From a virus, in IMG/VR virus record IMGVR_UViG_3300033233_000009, positions 32,001 through 96,000 of that record: DNA of 64,000 nucleotides, one strand, 5' to 3'. Within the stretch, counting starts at the first letter, position 1. Each line of letters begins with the position of its first letter. The notes under the pieces are model-generated. The model saw only the letters and a program-made list of their open reading frames with translations. It did not search any database and was not told where the DNA came from. Shown one piece after another: positions 18,638 through 27,484 of the stretch. Position numbers and translations under genes: made by a program.

Positions 18638-19381
18638 ATGGACGCGCAGAAATTCGTCGAGCAGTGCGTCGCCAAGGTGCAGCGGCAGCCGGCGATCCGG
18701 CTCGGTGCCCGAGGCGACGCGGTGCGCGTGTGGCAGACCCTGCTGAACCGGGAAATCGGCCAGGCGCTTCGGGTCGATGGGGTGTTCGGTCCGAACACCC
18801 ACCACGGGACGGTGGCATTTCAGCGCAAGGCCGGCCTGCGCCCGGACGGCGTGGTCGGATCGAAAACGTGGGCGGCCGCATCGGTGGCTCCCTGCTACGC
18901 CCAGGCGGTCGTGCAGCAGCGCGGCGCGGCGGCAGGCAAGGGCGGGGGCCAGGCGGCGCGTCAGGCCGCGCAGGGCCTCGGCCGCGGCGGCGGTGGGCAT
19001 CACGGCGGTGGCGGTCACCACGGCGGCGGCGGTCATGGCGGTGGGGGACACCACGGCGGCGGCGGTCGCTTCTGGGGTGGGGGCGGCGGCGGCGCGTACT
19101 TCGCCCCGGGCGGCGGCTACCCGTACATCGTCGAGGACTACGGGCCGACGCTGCTCGTGGTGGGCGACGACTGCGCGAACCGCGTGCGGAACTCCTGCTA
19201 CCAGCAGTTCAGCCAGAACCCCGCTCAGCAGGCGGGCTGCACGCAGGCCGGTCTGGCCCGGTGCGGCACGGCGGGCCTCGGGGCGATGGACTTCACCTTC
19301 TCGGTGCTCGACCCGAAAAGCATGGTTCTCGGGGCCGTGCTCGGCCTCACGGTCGGGGCCGTGCTTTTCGGGCGGAAGTGA
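18638..19381 (+). CDS. Peptidoglycan-binding domain protein with GGGHH repeats and C-terminal TM
   Basis: IRLGARGDAVRVWQ..VDGVFGPNT..FQRKAGLRPDGVVGSKTW; paralog of the previous gene. Confidence 0.8.
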   Translation: MDAQKFVEQCVAKVQRQPAIRLGARGDAVRVWQTLLNREIGQALRVDGVFGPNTHHGTVAFQRKAGLRPDGVVGSKTWAAASVAPCYAQAVVQQRGAAAGKGGGQAARQAAQGLGRGGGGHHGGGGHHGGGGHGGGGHHGGGGRFWGGGGGGAYFAPGGGYPYIVEDYGPTLLVVGDDCANRVRNSCYQQFSQNPAQQAGCTQAGLARCGTAGLGAMDFTFSVLDPKSMVLGAVLGLTVGAVLFGRK

Positions 19382-19396
19382 GCGAAGATCAGGCGC

Positions 19397-20275
19397 ATGC
19401 AGCCCAGCTTCCGCGAACAGATGCTCGCCTCGTTCCAGGCGGTGAATCCCCACATGGCGCTGGGCGCTGCGCCGCCGCAGCCGGAGCCGGCCGCGAGCTT
19501 CAAGGAGACGAGCATCAACAAGGTGGTCCAGGCGGGCGGCGAGGTTGCGGCGCGCTTCATGCACCCGACGTTCCTGCCGTTCGAGAAGCTGTACCGGAAG
19601 TTCCCGCAGCAGGGCGTGTTCACGGCGACGCCACAAAACAACTTCGTGCTGGAGCTGGGGTCGTTCCGGGTGCCGCAGCAGATGGCGTTCGCCCTGGTGG
19701 ACTACCGCTTCGACCTGTACCGGCTGTCAGGGGCGGCAGCGGGCGACTGGGTGCCGCTGGAGGAGCGGCGCCTGTCGGGCCAGATCGGCTACGACGTGCT
19801 GATCGCTGACTACCGCAAGGCAAACCTGTCGTACGAGCTGGACCCGACGGAAATCCAGGCGGCGAAGGAGGCGAGCGAGCAGCCGCCGAGCCCCGGCATC
19901 ATCGCGGCGGGCGCGGAGTTCAACAACAATTTCCCGCCGCAGATCGGCAACCCGCTGTTCCCGCCGAGCGCGGCGCCGTTCGGCGCGAGCCTCACCGACT
20001 TCGCGAACGCGCGCGCGGCCGCTGCGTCGTCGCCGGGTGGCCCCGGGCTGTCGCTCATGCCGCAGCGCCACGAGCGGCTCGGGCCGCTGCCGCTGCCCTT
20101 CACGCTGATGGTGCGCGAGAACCAGCGCGTGACGTTCAAGGCCGTCGTGTTCCGGCCGGTGCCGATCCCGCTGGCGTTCTTCGAGGTGGACGTGACCGGC
20201 GTGCTCATGCCGGCGAACGTCGCCGATTCGCTGCTCGCCGCGATGGCGCCCTACGTGCCGCAGGGGAGGCACTGA
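19397..20275 (+). CDS. Beta-rich protein, possible third jelly-roll protein
   Basis: FRVPQQMAF, PFTLMVRENQRVTFKAVV, FFEVDVTGVLM resemble the patterns in 16110 and 17010. Confidence 0.4.
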   Translation: MQPSFREQMLASFQAVNPHMALGAAPPQPEPAASFKETSINKVVQAGGEVAARFMHPTFLPFEKLYRKFPQQGVFTATPQNNFVLELGSFRVPQQMAFALVDYRFDLYRLSGAAAGDWVPLEERRLSGQIGYDVLIADYRKANLSYELDPTEIQAAKEASEQPPSPGIIAAGAEFNNNFPPQIGNPLFPPSAAPFGASLTDFANARAAAASSPGGPGLSLMPQRHERLGPLPLPFTLMVRENQRVTFKAVVFRPVPIPLAFFEVDVTGVLMPANVADSLLAAMAPYVPQGRH

Positions 20276-20447
20276 TGCCGAGCGGGCTCCAGTCTACGGG
20301 CGGCGACGCTCTCGGGTGCTTTCTTCTTCGTCGTCGGCAGCACCGTGACGCCTCGTGCGCTCCCGCAACTCAAAAAGTGGGAGTCAGCGAGATCGTCCTC
20401 GAAACGAGGGTGTCGCCTCCCGTTCTATTCCGGCGGGAGGTGCGACC

Positions 20448-21215
20448 GTGAACGGCAGCCCCGCGTACTACCGTCCGCAGGCGGCACTGGCGCTGGCAAC
20501 CGACAGCGGCGACGCCGCGCTCGGCAAGGGGCAGAGCCTCGCGGTCGAGACGATGCTGCGCACCGTGCGATCGAGCCATGCGTTCGATCCGCTCGGCGTC
20601 TACGTGCCGTGGGCACGGCAGAAGGGCGGTGTCACCTGGGAGACGATCGCGGAGCCGGACCACGACCTCGTGCTCTACCCGATCAGCGCCGCGACGGTCG
20701 ATCGGGTGAACGCGGCGTCCTACGGCCACGAGCTGCCGTGGGTCGGCGTGGTCGCCGAGGCACCGACGAACAGCCGGACGGCTGACGAGGTGTGGGACGC
20801 GACGCGGTACGATCTGTTCGCGGTCGAGGGGCTGTACGACGTGAACGATGCGCGGCCGGCGCCGCGGATCTGTTTCCTCTACTGGGCAAAGCTCCACGAT
20901 GACGTGGGCGGCGGGCGAGCGTCGCTCGATGCGGTCGCGCAGCGGCTTGGAGGGCGACTCGTGTTCCCGATGCACGTGCCGGTCACCGATCCGCGCCGGC
21001 CGCCGTCGCTACCCTTCCAGATGGTGCTGAACGCGCAGCTTGCCGGCCCGGAGGCGTTGCCCGAGCTGGCAGGCTTCGGCGCGGAGGCGAGCGCAGCAGC
21101 GGCAGCCGCGGCACCGCCCGCGACCCGGAGCGCGCTGCCGTGGCTGGCGCTCGCCGCCGCGGCAGGCGGCGCCGTGTGGCTCGCGCTGCGCGGCGGGAAG
21201 CGAAGGAAGCGGTGA
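20448..21215 (+). CDS. Hypothetical protein with C-terminal TM and basic tail
   Basis: GGAGG before GTG 20448; LPWLALAAAAGGAVWLAL-RGGKRRKR. Confidence 0.6.
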   Translation: MNGSPAYYRPQAALALATDSGDAALGKGQSLAVETMLRTVRSSHAFDPLGVYVPWARQKGGVTWETIAEPDHDLVLYPISAATVDRVNAASYGHELPWVGVVAEAPTNSRTADEVWDATRYDLFAVEGLYDVNDARPAPRICFLYWAKLHDDVGGGRASLDAVAQRLGGRLVFPMHVPVTDPRRPPSLPFQMVLNAQLAGPEALPELAGFGAEASAAAAAAAPPATRSALPWLALAAAAGGAVWLALRGGKRRKR

Positions 21216-21218
21216 GCG

Positions 21219-21449
21219 ATGCCGACCTTCATGGCGACGCCGACCGACGTGCTGAAGCTGGTGCACACCGCACGGAAGCTCGACGCGAATCCGTTTTCGC
21301 TCGCGGGCAAGCTCGTGGGGCTCGGCGCGGACGAGCAGCGGGCGGGCATCCCGGCGTGGGCCTGGGTGCTCGCGGGAGTGGGGGTCGGGGTGGCACTCGG
21401 CTGGAAGCTCGCGCCGACCGCGCGGGCGCGACTCAAGGCGTTCTCCTGA
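21219..21449 (+). CDS. Small membrane protein
   Basis: TM AWAWVLAGVGVGVALGW. Confidence 0.6.
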   Translation: MPTFMATPTDVLKLVHTARKLDANPFSLAGKLVGLGADEQRAGIPAWAWVLAGVGVGVALGWKLAPTARARLKAFS

Positions 21450-21467
21450 ACCAAAGGACAAGTAACC

Positions 21468-21878
21468 ATGGCATTTGCACTCGCAGTCGGTGACCTCGTG
21501 TCCCCCCTCGCCGTCGCGGCCTTCGCGTCCAGCACCGAGCCGCCGCTCCTCGGCGTCGTCACGAAGATCAGCCCCACGACCGTGGTGTGGCAGGATGGGC
21601 GCGAGGTGACCTACACGCCCTCGACGGGCGCCTCGGTGGACGAGGGGCTGTCGAAATTCGAGCCGACCCTCGGCACACCCTTCCAGAACGCGAAGGTGCG
21701 GCCGAACGGGACGATTCCGTTCCCGAACCCTGCCGGTCGCGCGGAGGGCTTCGTGGTGCTCGTCGGCAACGTCACCAACGCCCTCGTGACGGCACTACCG
21801 ACGGCGATCATCCGCTTCGGCAACGGCCTCTACACGGCGGTGCCCGTCTCCGGCATCGAGGTGATCCCGGGCGCCTGA
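21468..21878 (+). CDS. Hypothetical beta-rich protein, paralog of 48924-49358
   Basis: MAFALAVGDLVS..VVWQDGREVT vs MAFVLGDVVS..VLWEDGRVVT. Confidence 0.65.
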   Translation: MAFALAVGDLVSPLAVAAFASSTEPPLLGVVTKISPTTVVWQDGREVTYTPSTGASVDEGLSKFEPTLGTPFQNAKVRPNGTIPFPNPAGRAEGFVVLVGNVTNALVTALPTAIIRFGNGLYTAVPVSGIEVIPGA

Positions 21879-21900
21879 GAGGCCCGCCGCTCTCCCGATA

Positions 21901-21938
21901 CCGAAAACTTGACGGCGAGCCGGGCAGCCGGCGAGCAT
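21901..21938 (+). promoter_or_regulatory. Promoter CCGAAAAC-TTGACG-N18-GAGCAT
   Basis: Recurrent motif in an intergenic position. Confidence 0.55.
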
Positions 21939-21955
21939 GAAGGAACAGGCAAACC

Positions 21956-22360
21956 ATGTCGCTCAATCAGATGGCGTACCAGTCCGGCGTGCTCGGGGCC
22001 CTGCCCCCGGCTCCCGCCTTCCGCTCGGGCTCGCTCGGCGTGCTCGGCTTCGTGCCGCCGGTGTCCGGTGCGGTGCGCTCGGGCTCGCTCGGCATCCTGG
22101 GGGCGCCCCCACCGAGCGGCGCCGTGAAGTCCGGCGTGCTCGGCACGCTCGGTGGCGGCCCGCCTCCCTCCGGTGCGGTGCGCTCCGGCTCGCTCGGTGT
22201 ACTCGGCGAGTACTTCGCGCAGAACGGCCTCGGTGCCGATGCGGTCGTGATGCCCACCGCGGTGGGGCCGAAGCCCGCCATGGCGACCCTCACCATGGCC
22301 ATCGCTGGCCTGGGCGCGGTCGCCGCGATCTGGTGGGCCATGACCCGCCGGCACGCCTGA
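21956..22360 (+). CDS. Repetitive membrane protein (SGAVRSGSLG repeats, GEYFAQNGLG, C-terminal TM); carries the self-protospacer
   Basis: Internal repeats; shares a DNA motif with the core protein gene. Confidence 0.7.
   Translation: MSLNQMAYQSGVLGALPPAPAFRSGSLGVLGFVPPVSGAVRSGSLGILGAPPPSGAVKSGVLGTLGGGPPPSGAVRSGSLGVLGEYFAQNGLGADAVVMPTAVGPKPAMATLTMAIAGLGAVAAIWWAMTRRHA
22153..22188 (+). other. Protospacer identical to CRISPR spacer 5
   Basis: tggcggcccgcctccctccggtgcggtgcgctccgg at both 22153-22188 and 33554-33589 (36/36). Confidence 0.95.
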
Positions 22361-22406
22361 GCCCGGCATCGGAGGGCTGCCCGGGAGAGCCCTTCGGAGC
22401 GGACGC

Positions 22407-22444
22407 CCGAAAACTGGCGTGAGGGTTGGACCCAGGTGTAGCCT
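22407..22444 (+). promoter_or_regulatory. Promoter CCGAAAAC-TGGCGT-N18-TAGCCT
   Basis: Recurrent upstream element and -10. Confidence 0.5.
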
Positions 22445-22456
22445 GCGAGGCACAGC

Positions 22457-23077
22457 ATGGCGGACCTGCTCGAAACCCTCGGCCGCGTCGTCCTGACCTT
22501 CCAGTCCGCTCCGCAGGGCGTGCCGGGCAGGATCTGGGACGAGCTGCGTCCGTGGTTCGGGCGGCTCGTGGTGAGCGCGGCGCCGAAGTGGCTACCGCGC
22601 CTGTCGTTCGGCTTCGCGTGCTCGGTGCCGCATCCGAACGGCGCGGCCTGTCCGCGGCCCGCCATCGCGGCCTGCGATGTGTGCGGCCAGCCCTGCTGCC
22701 TCGACCACGCGCGCATCGACCAGTACGGCGACGCGATCTGCTACCTCTGCTGCATCGAGGCGATCCGGCGGAAGCAGGCCGAGCGCGCCGGGGAGCCAGC
22801 GCCGGGGCACGGTCACGCCCAGGGGGGCCATGCCGGGCACGGGCATGGGCCGCAGCCGACCCCTGAAAAGGAGCTGGCCTGGGCCCGCAAGACGCTCGGC
22901 GTGAAGAAGGGCGCGGACTGGGAAGAAGTGCGCGCGGCGCACCGTAGACTCTCCGCGAAGTGGCACCCCGATCGCCATCAGGGCGCGGGCTACCAGGCAG
23001 CCGAGGACCGGTTCAAGCAGGTACAGAGAGCGTTCGACTTGCTCACGAAGGAACGTGAGCGAAAGGAAGCGGCGTGA
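22457..23077 (+). CDS. Zinc-finger plus C-terminal J-domain (DnaJ-like) protein
   Basis: CxxC motifs; ARKTLGV..EVRAAHRRLSAKWHPDRH..RFKQVQRAFDLL. Confidence 0.85.
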   Translation: MADLLETLGRVVLTFQSAPQGVPGRIWDELRPWFGRLVVSAAPKWLPRLSFGFACSVPHPNGAACPRPAIAACDVCGQPCCLDHARIDQYGDAICYLCCIEAIRRKQAERAGEPAPGHGHAQGGHAGHGHGPQPTPEKELAWARKTLGVKKGADWEEVRAAHRRLSAKWHPDRHQGAGYQAAEDRFKQVQRAFDLLTKERERKEAA

Positions 23078-23798
23078 TGGCGAAGCGAGCAACCAAGGCG
23101 AAGCGGGCCCCCGCTGACTTCGACGACGAGGACGCGGTGCTCAAGGAAGTTGCGAAAGACCTCGGCGAGGACGCCGACGATCTGAAGATCAAGGAGGACG
23201 GTGGCCTCGGGAGTTTCGGCGAGGGCACGGTCTACCGGATCAGCACGCCACGCGGCGGCCGCGAGTGGTGCGTCGTGCAGGACCACGACACCGCCTACAA
23301 GCTGGCCGTCGCAGTGGTCACTCAGGATCTGGAGAGCGAGCCGGAAATCTTCAACAAGGACTTTCTCGAATCGCACATCGACAAGATGAAGCTCGCTCGC
23401 GAGCTGGAATCGGACCTGCGCAGCATGGCCGAAGACGACGTGCGCGAATGGACGCGGACGACTTCTGGCGCGAGGCGGGGCGCGAGGGCATGGAGGTGCC
23501 GGAAGCCGAGGTGGACGAGGACGGCAACGAGGAGGATCTGCGCGACCCGACCGAGAACGAGCTGAGCGAGCTGGCCGAGAAGCGCGTCGAGGACCAGCTA
23601 CGCGATCCGATGCAGTACCTCTCCGACATTTACGGCGACAAGGAAGCGGTCGAGCAGGCGATCAAGATCGCGGGCATCGACGTGGACGCTGCCGCCGAGG
23701 ACGCCGTGGACACCGACGGCTGGGAGCACTTCCTGTCGCGCTACGACGGGCACAGCCACGAGACGGCGAGCGGGTTCGTCTACTGGCGGGAGAACTGA
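23077..23798 (+). pseudogene. Acidic hypothetical protein split by an apparent 1-nt frameshift near 23447
   Basis: Frame reads ..DDVRE then continues as MDADDFW.. in another frame; adding one A restores continuity. Confidence 0.55.
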
Positions 23799-23801
23799 GC
23801 C

Positions 23802-24581
23802 ATGGCCGCCCAGAAGTGGACGCTGAAGTTCCGTGAGCTTGCCGAGGGTGCATCGCTCGTCGAGGCGAAGCCACCCAAGAGCCGCCGAACGCTGAAGGGC
23901 GGCGAGAGTCCGCGCTACGTCCAGGCGTACGTCCAGGCCACCGGGATGCAGGAGCGCGCCCAGAAGCTGATGAGCTACAGCGGCGACGACGTGCAGTACA
24001 TGGAGGCCGTGATCGAGGAGGAGCACATGGCGAACGCTAAAAGCAAGACGAGCGACAAGCTCAACACGGACCAGATCGCCAAGCTGTTCGACCTCGACAC
24101 GTACGAGGATCTGAACGAGCGGAACATCGACTACATCGCCGAGCAGGGCCACTACGCCTACAAGGCCGCGATCGAGGACGGCGCCTCGGAGGAGGAAGCC
24201 GACGAAGCGAACATGAAGGGCCAGGAGGAGGCCGACGGCGAGCTGTTCCGTCAGTGGCACGACGGCGTGATGGCGGCCGCCGAGGATCTGTTCGGGAAGC
24301 ACGGGCTCACGCTGGTGCCGGTGGGCAAGCAGGGCAGCGCCGCCTACCCCTACGAGTACAAGGTCGTGCCCGAGGAGTCGTGGGACAAGGCCGTCGTCGC
24401 GATCATCGAGACGATCAACGGCGTTGGCGACTACCACTTCAGCAGCGTCCGTGAGTTTCTGGACTCCGGGCCGTACACGGCACGCTCGGGCGTGCTGGAG
24501 CACCTGGGCTACATCGCGAGCTACCCCGAGGTCTACGGGGACACGAGCGCGCGGCGCATCTACGAAGGTCACTTCCGCTGA
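23802..24581 (+). CDS. Acidic hypothetical protein
   Basis: Long ORF with protein-like composition. Confidence 0.7.
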   Translation: MAAQKWTLKFRELAEGASLVEAKPPKSRRTLKGGESPRYVQAYVQATGMQERAQKLMSYSGDDVQYMEAVIEEEHMANAKSKTSDKLNTDQIAKLFDLDTYEDLNERNIDYIAEQGHYAYKAAIEDGASEEEADEANMKGQEEADGELFRQWHDGVMAAAEDLFGKHGLTLVPVGKQGSAAYPYEYKVVPEESWDKAVVAIIETINGVGDYHFSSVREFLDSGPYTARSGVLEHLGYIASYPEVYGDTSARRIYEGHFR

Positions 24582-24604
24582 GAGGCGGGAAGGCAAGCAA
24601 CCCC

Positions 24605-25276
24605 ATGTCATACGATCGCGTGAACCCGACCTACTACCAGACGTTCCAGCAGGACACGCCCTTCCACGCCGGATCGGAGGGCTGGACGAGGTCGCCCTGG
24701 CCGACCTGGGGCGACAACCCGAACCTCGCGGGTCGGCGCACGCTCGCGACCGACGGGCTCGGTGGCTGCGGGTGCGCGGGAGCGTCCGGGCTCGGCACCG
24801 TCCTGGCAATCTCGGGGCTCGGCACCGTCGCGGTGACCAAGCCGGCGCCGTACTCCGCGCCCGCTCGGGCGACCATGGGCAACCCGGCGTCGGAGAACTG
24901 CGTCGCGAAGGGCGGCACGGTCCAGGTCGTCGAGACGCCAGCGGGGCAGAGCGGGATCTGCGTGTTGCCGAACGGCACCCGGTGCGAGGAGTGGGCGCTG
25001 TTCCGCGGCCAGTGCGGCCCGGCGGCGGCGAGCATGTTCCCTCCCATCCCCGAGCAGCCTGCCTGGAAGAAGGCGCTCAGCATGGCGGCGGGGGCCGCCT
25101 GCGCCTACCACGGCTTCAAGCGGAACGAGTCGGCAGGCTGGGCGGTCGCGTGGGCCGCGTTCGGCAGCACGATCCCCCTTCTGGCGCTCCCCATTGCGCT
25201 CGCGCAGGGCTTCGGGAAGCCGGCGCGGAAGCCCGCGATGGCAGCGAACAGGCGGCGCGGTCGCGCCCGGCGCTGA
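24605..25276 (+). CDS. DUF333-containing membrane protein
   Basis: MGNPASENCVAKGG..GICVLPNGTRCEEWALFRGQC; C-terminal TMs; GLG motifs. Confidence 0.75.
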   Translation: MSYDRVNPTYYQTFQQDTPFHAGSEGWTRSPWPTWGDNPNLAGRRTLATDGLGGCGCAGASGLGTVLAISGLGTVAVTKPAPYSAPARATMGNPASENCVAKGGTVQVVETPAGQSGICVLPNGTRCEEWALFRGQCGPAAASMFPPIPEQPAWKKALSMAAGAACAYHGFKRNESAGWAVAWAAFGSTIPLLALPIALAQGFGKPARKPAMAANRRRGRARR

Positions 25277-25282
25277 GCCCGA

Positions 25283-25320
25283 CCGGAAACTTGCCGGCCC
25301 CCGACCGGGGGGCGTAGCCT
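25283..25320 (+). promoter_or_regulatory. Promoter CCGGAAAC-TTGCCG-N18-TAGCCT (leaderless)
   Basis: ATG 6 nt after -10; spacer contains a hairpin. Confidence 0.5.
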
Positions 25321-25326
25321 CGGGGC

Positions 25327-26490
25327 ATGGACTACTACCGCGTCGGCTACGCACAGTCCCCGCTCGTTCCCATGGGGATGGGCTCCTCGCCCGACGGCCT
25401 CGGCGCGTACTTCCAGACGACGTACCAGCAGCCGATCCGCGCGGTGCACGGCGGCACGAGCACGGTGGCGGCCTACCAGCCGATCGATGGGCTCGGCGCG
25501 TACTTCGCGACGACGTACCAGCAGCCGATCCGTCCGGCGCAAGGCGGCGCGAGCATCATCGCGGACTACAAGCCGATCGACGGGCTCGGGGAGCTGACGC
25601 CCGCCCAGCGCAGCGCAGTCGCCTGGGCCTCGCTCCTCGGCTTCGTCGGGTGGGGCAGCGGGCTCCTGGCGCGGGGCCCCGTCTACGCCCGCAAGCGCGG
25701 CCCGTGGGTACCGCTGGCCGGCGCGGCGGCCGGCGTGGCGGTGGGCTACGCGATCGGCACGCGGCGGGCTACCGCCCCGCCTGCGCCCACGGCTGGCCTT
25801 GGCGCGTGCCTCCCGTGCATGGCAGCGGCCGCGGGCCTCGGTGCGGATGCGGTGCCGGCGGCGACGCCCTCCGCACTCAGCAAGCCATGGGTCAAGGTCG
25901 CGCTCGGTGTCGGCGCCGTCACGCTCGCCTGGTACACCGTGCCGGCGTTCCGCAAGCTGTGGGGTCCCGGTGGCGCGCTCGCGAAGAACAAGCGGCACCG
26001 GCGGAACGCGCACACGGGCGGACCCGACGATCACGTTTACGCGCCAAGCGGGATGCGTGGCTGGGATGCCTGCGCGAGGTGCGGTTACGCCCGCGGACAG
26101 CACCTCACTGCTGCCGAGCTAAAGCGACTCCGCTCGCTCACGCCGAACCGCCGCCGCAGGCACCGGAAGAACGCGAAGTGGTCGGGCAAGGCGAAGCGGA
26201 GCCTGCCGGACACCAGCTTCCTCTACGTTGCGCCCGGCGGCCACGCGCGCATCGAGGGCGGCAAGAAGGTCACCATCCCGCGGAGCCTGCGGAAGTTCCC
26301 GTACCGCACGGCGGCGGGCAACATCGACCTGCCGCACCTGCGGAACGCCATCGCGCGCATCCCGCAGTCGAACCTGCCGGAGAGCCAGCGCACGCTGCTC
26401 CAGGCGAAGGCCCGCGCCATCCTCGCCGAGCACGGCGGGTACAAGCGCGCGCGCAAGGCGGCGGGCGGCGTGCTCCGACAGGCGGCGTGA
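25327..26490 (+). CDS. Modular membrane protein: DGLGAYF repeats, TMs, basic C-terminal phage-type domain
   Basis: 2x DGLGAYFxTTYQQPIR; LPDTSF..RKFPY..DLPHLRNAIAR. Confidence 0.65.
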   Translation: MDYYRVGYAQSPLVPMGMGSSPDGLGAYFQTTYQQPIRAVHGGTSTVAAYQPIDGLGAYFATTYQQPIRPAQGGASIIADYKPIDGLGELTPAQRSAVAWASLLGFVGWGSGLLARGPVYARKRGPWVPLAGAAAGVAVGYAIGTRRATAPPAPTAGLGACLPCMAAAAGLGADAVPAATPSALSKPWVKVALGVGAVTLAWYTVPAFRKLWGPGGALAKNKRHRRNAHTGGPDDHVYAPSGMRGWDACARCGYARGQHLTAAELKRLRSLTPNRRRRHRKNAKWSGKAKRSLPDTSFLYVAPGGHARIEGGKKVTIPRSLRKFPYRTAAGNIDLPHLRNAIARIPQSNLPESQRTLLQAKARAILAEHGGYKRARKAAGGVLRQAA

Positions 26491-26552
26491 TGGCCAGGAG
26501 ACGCCCGAAGCCCGAGAGGCCCGACTCGGATCAAACGCTGGCCAAGGCGTAA

Positions 26553-27359
26553 GTGTCCTACGCCGCCGCCCTGCCGCTCGCCCGCTCCCAGCGCCGCCCG
26601 CTCGGGGCTGGCGCAGGCGTAGGCGAGTTCTACCTCCGGCAGTGGCCGATCATGGTGGCGCCGCGGGTGCGGGCGTACCGGCTCGCGCGCGCGATGGCCG
26701 GCTCGCTCGGAGCGACGGTACTGGGCGGCACACGGATCCCCGACAAGCTGACGCCGCTGACGCCGGAGCAGGCCGCGCAGGCGCTGGCGACGGCGTACCA
26801 GCGCGTGACGGGCAAGGTGGCCGACCAGCGGGTGCTCGGGCTCCTGATCGGGCAGACCGCGCTCGAAACCGGCAACTGGAAGTCGCTGCACAACTACGGG
26901 TTCGGAAACGTCAAGGCCACGGCGAGCGACCCGTACTACGCCGGCTTCCGGTGCTGGGAAGTGGTGAACGGCGAGAAGGTCTGGTACGAAGCCGACCACC
27001 CGGCGTGTCAGTTCGCGGCGCACCTCACCGCGGCCGACGGCGCGGAGCACTATGTACGAATCCTTCAGCGCCGTCCCCACTGGTGGGCGGGCCTGGAGTC
27101 GCGCACGGTACCAGGGTTCGTCGCGGGGCTCACGACGCGCCCCGCCTACTTCACGGCCGACCCGGGCACGTACGAGCGGGTGCTCTCCGAGCGGATGGGG
27201 CAGTACGCCGACCAGGCCGTGAAGTACGCCGGGCAGGCGGTGGAGTTCGCGGGCAAGCACAAGGTCGCGGTGGGAGGCACGGTCGTGGGCGTGTTCGCCC
27301 TCACGTTCGGATCCTGGTATCTCTACAACGCGATGACCAGCAAGCGGAAGGCGGCCTGA
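26553..27359 (+). CDS. Lysozyme-fold peptidoglycan hydrolase (GH73/FlgJ-like) with C-terminal TM
   Basis: GQTALETGNW..NYGFGNVKA..YFTADP; TM plus KRK. Confidence 0.65.
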   Translation: MSYAAALPLARSQRRPLGAGAGVGEFYLRQWPIMVAPRVRAYRLARAMAGSLGATVLGGTRIPDKLTPLTPEQAAQALATAYQRVTGKVADQRVLGLLIGQTALETGNWKSLHNYGFGNVKATASDPYYAGFRCWEVVNGEKVWYEADHPACQFAAHLTAADGAEHYVRILQRRPHWWAGLESRTVPGFVAGLTTRPAYFTADPGTYERVLSERMGQYADQAVKYAGQAVEFAGKHKVAVGGTVVGVFALTFGSWYLYNAMTSKRKAA

Positions 27360-27484
27360 CCATGGCCAAGGCATTGAGTAAGGCGGCACGCGAGGTCGCG
27401 GCCGAGACACTCTGGACGAGGCAATCAAAATGCTGGCGCGTGCGCGAGGCGCTATGATGCACGCTCGCAGGAGACTGCGCTGAC

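Noticed and set aside
18985-19095. GGC-rich low-complexity tract as a non-coding repeat
   Set aside because: Encodes the GGGHH linker within 18638-19381
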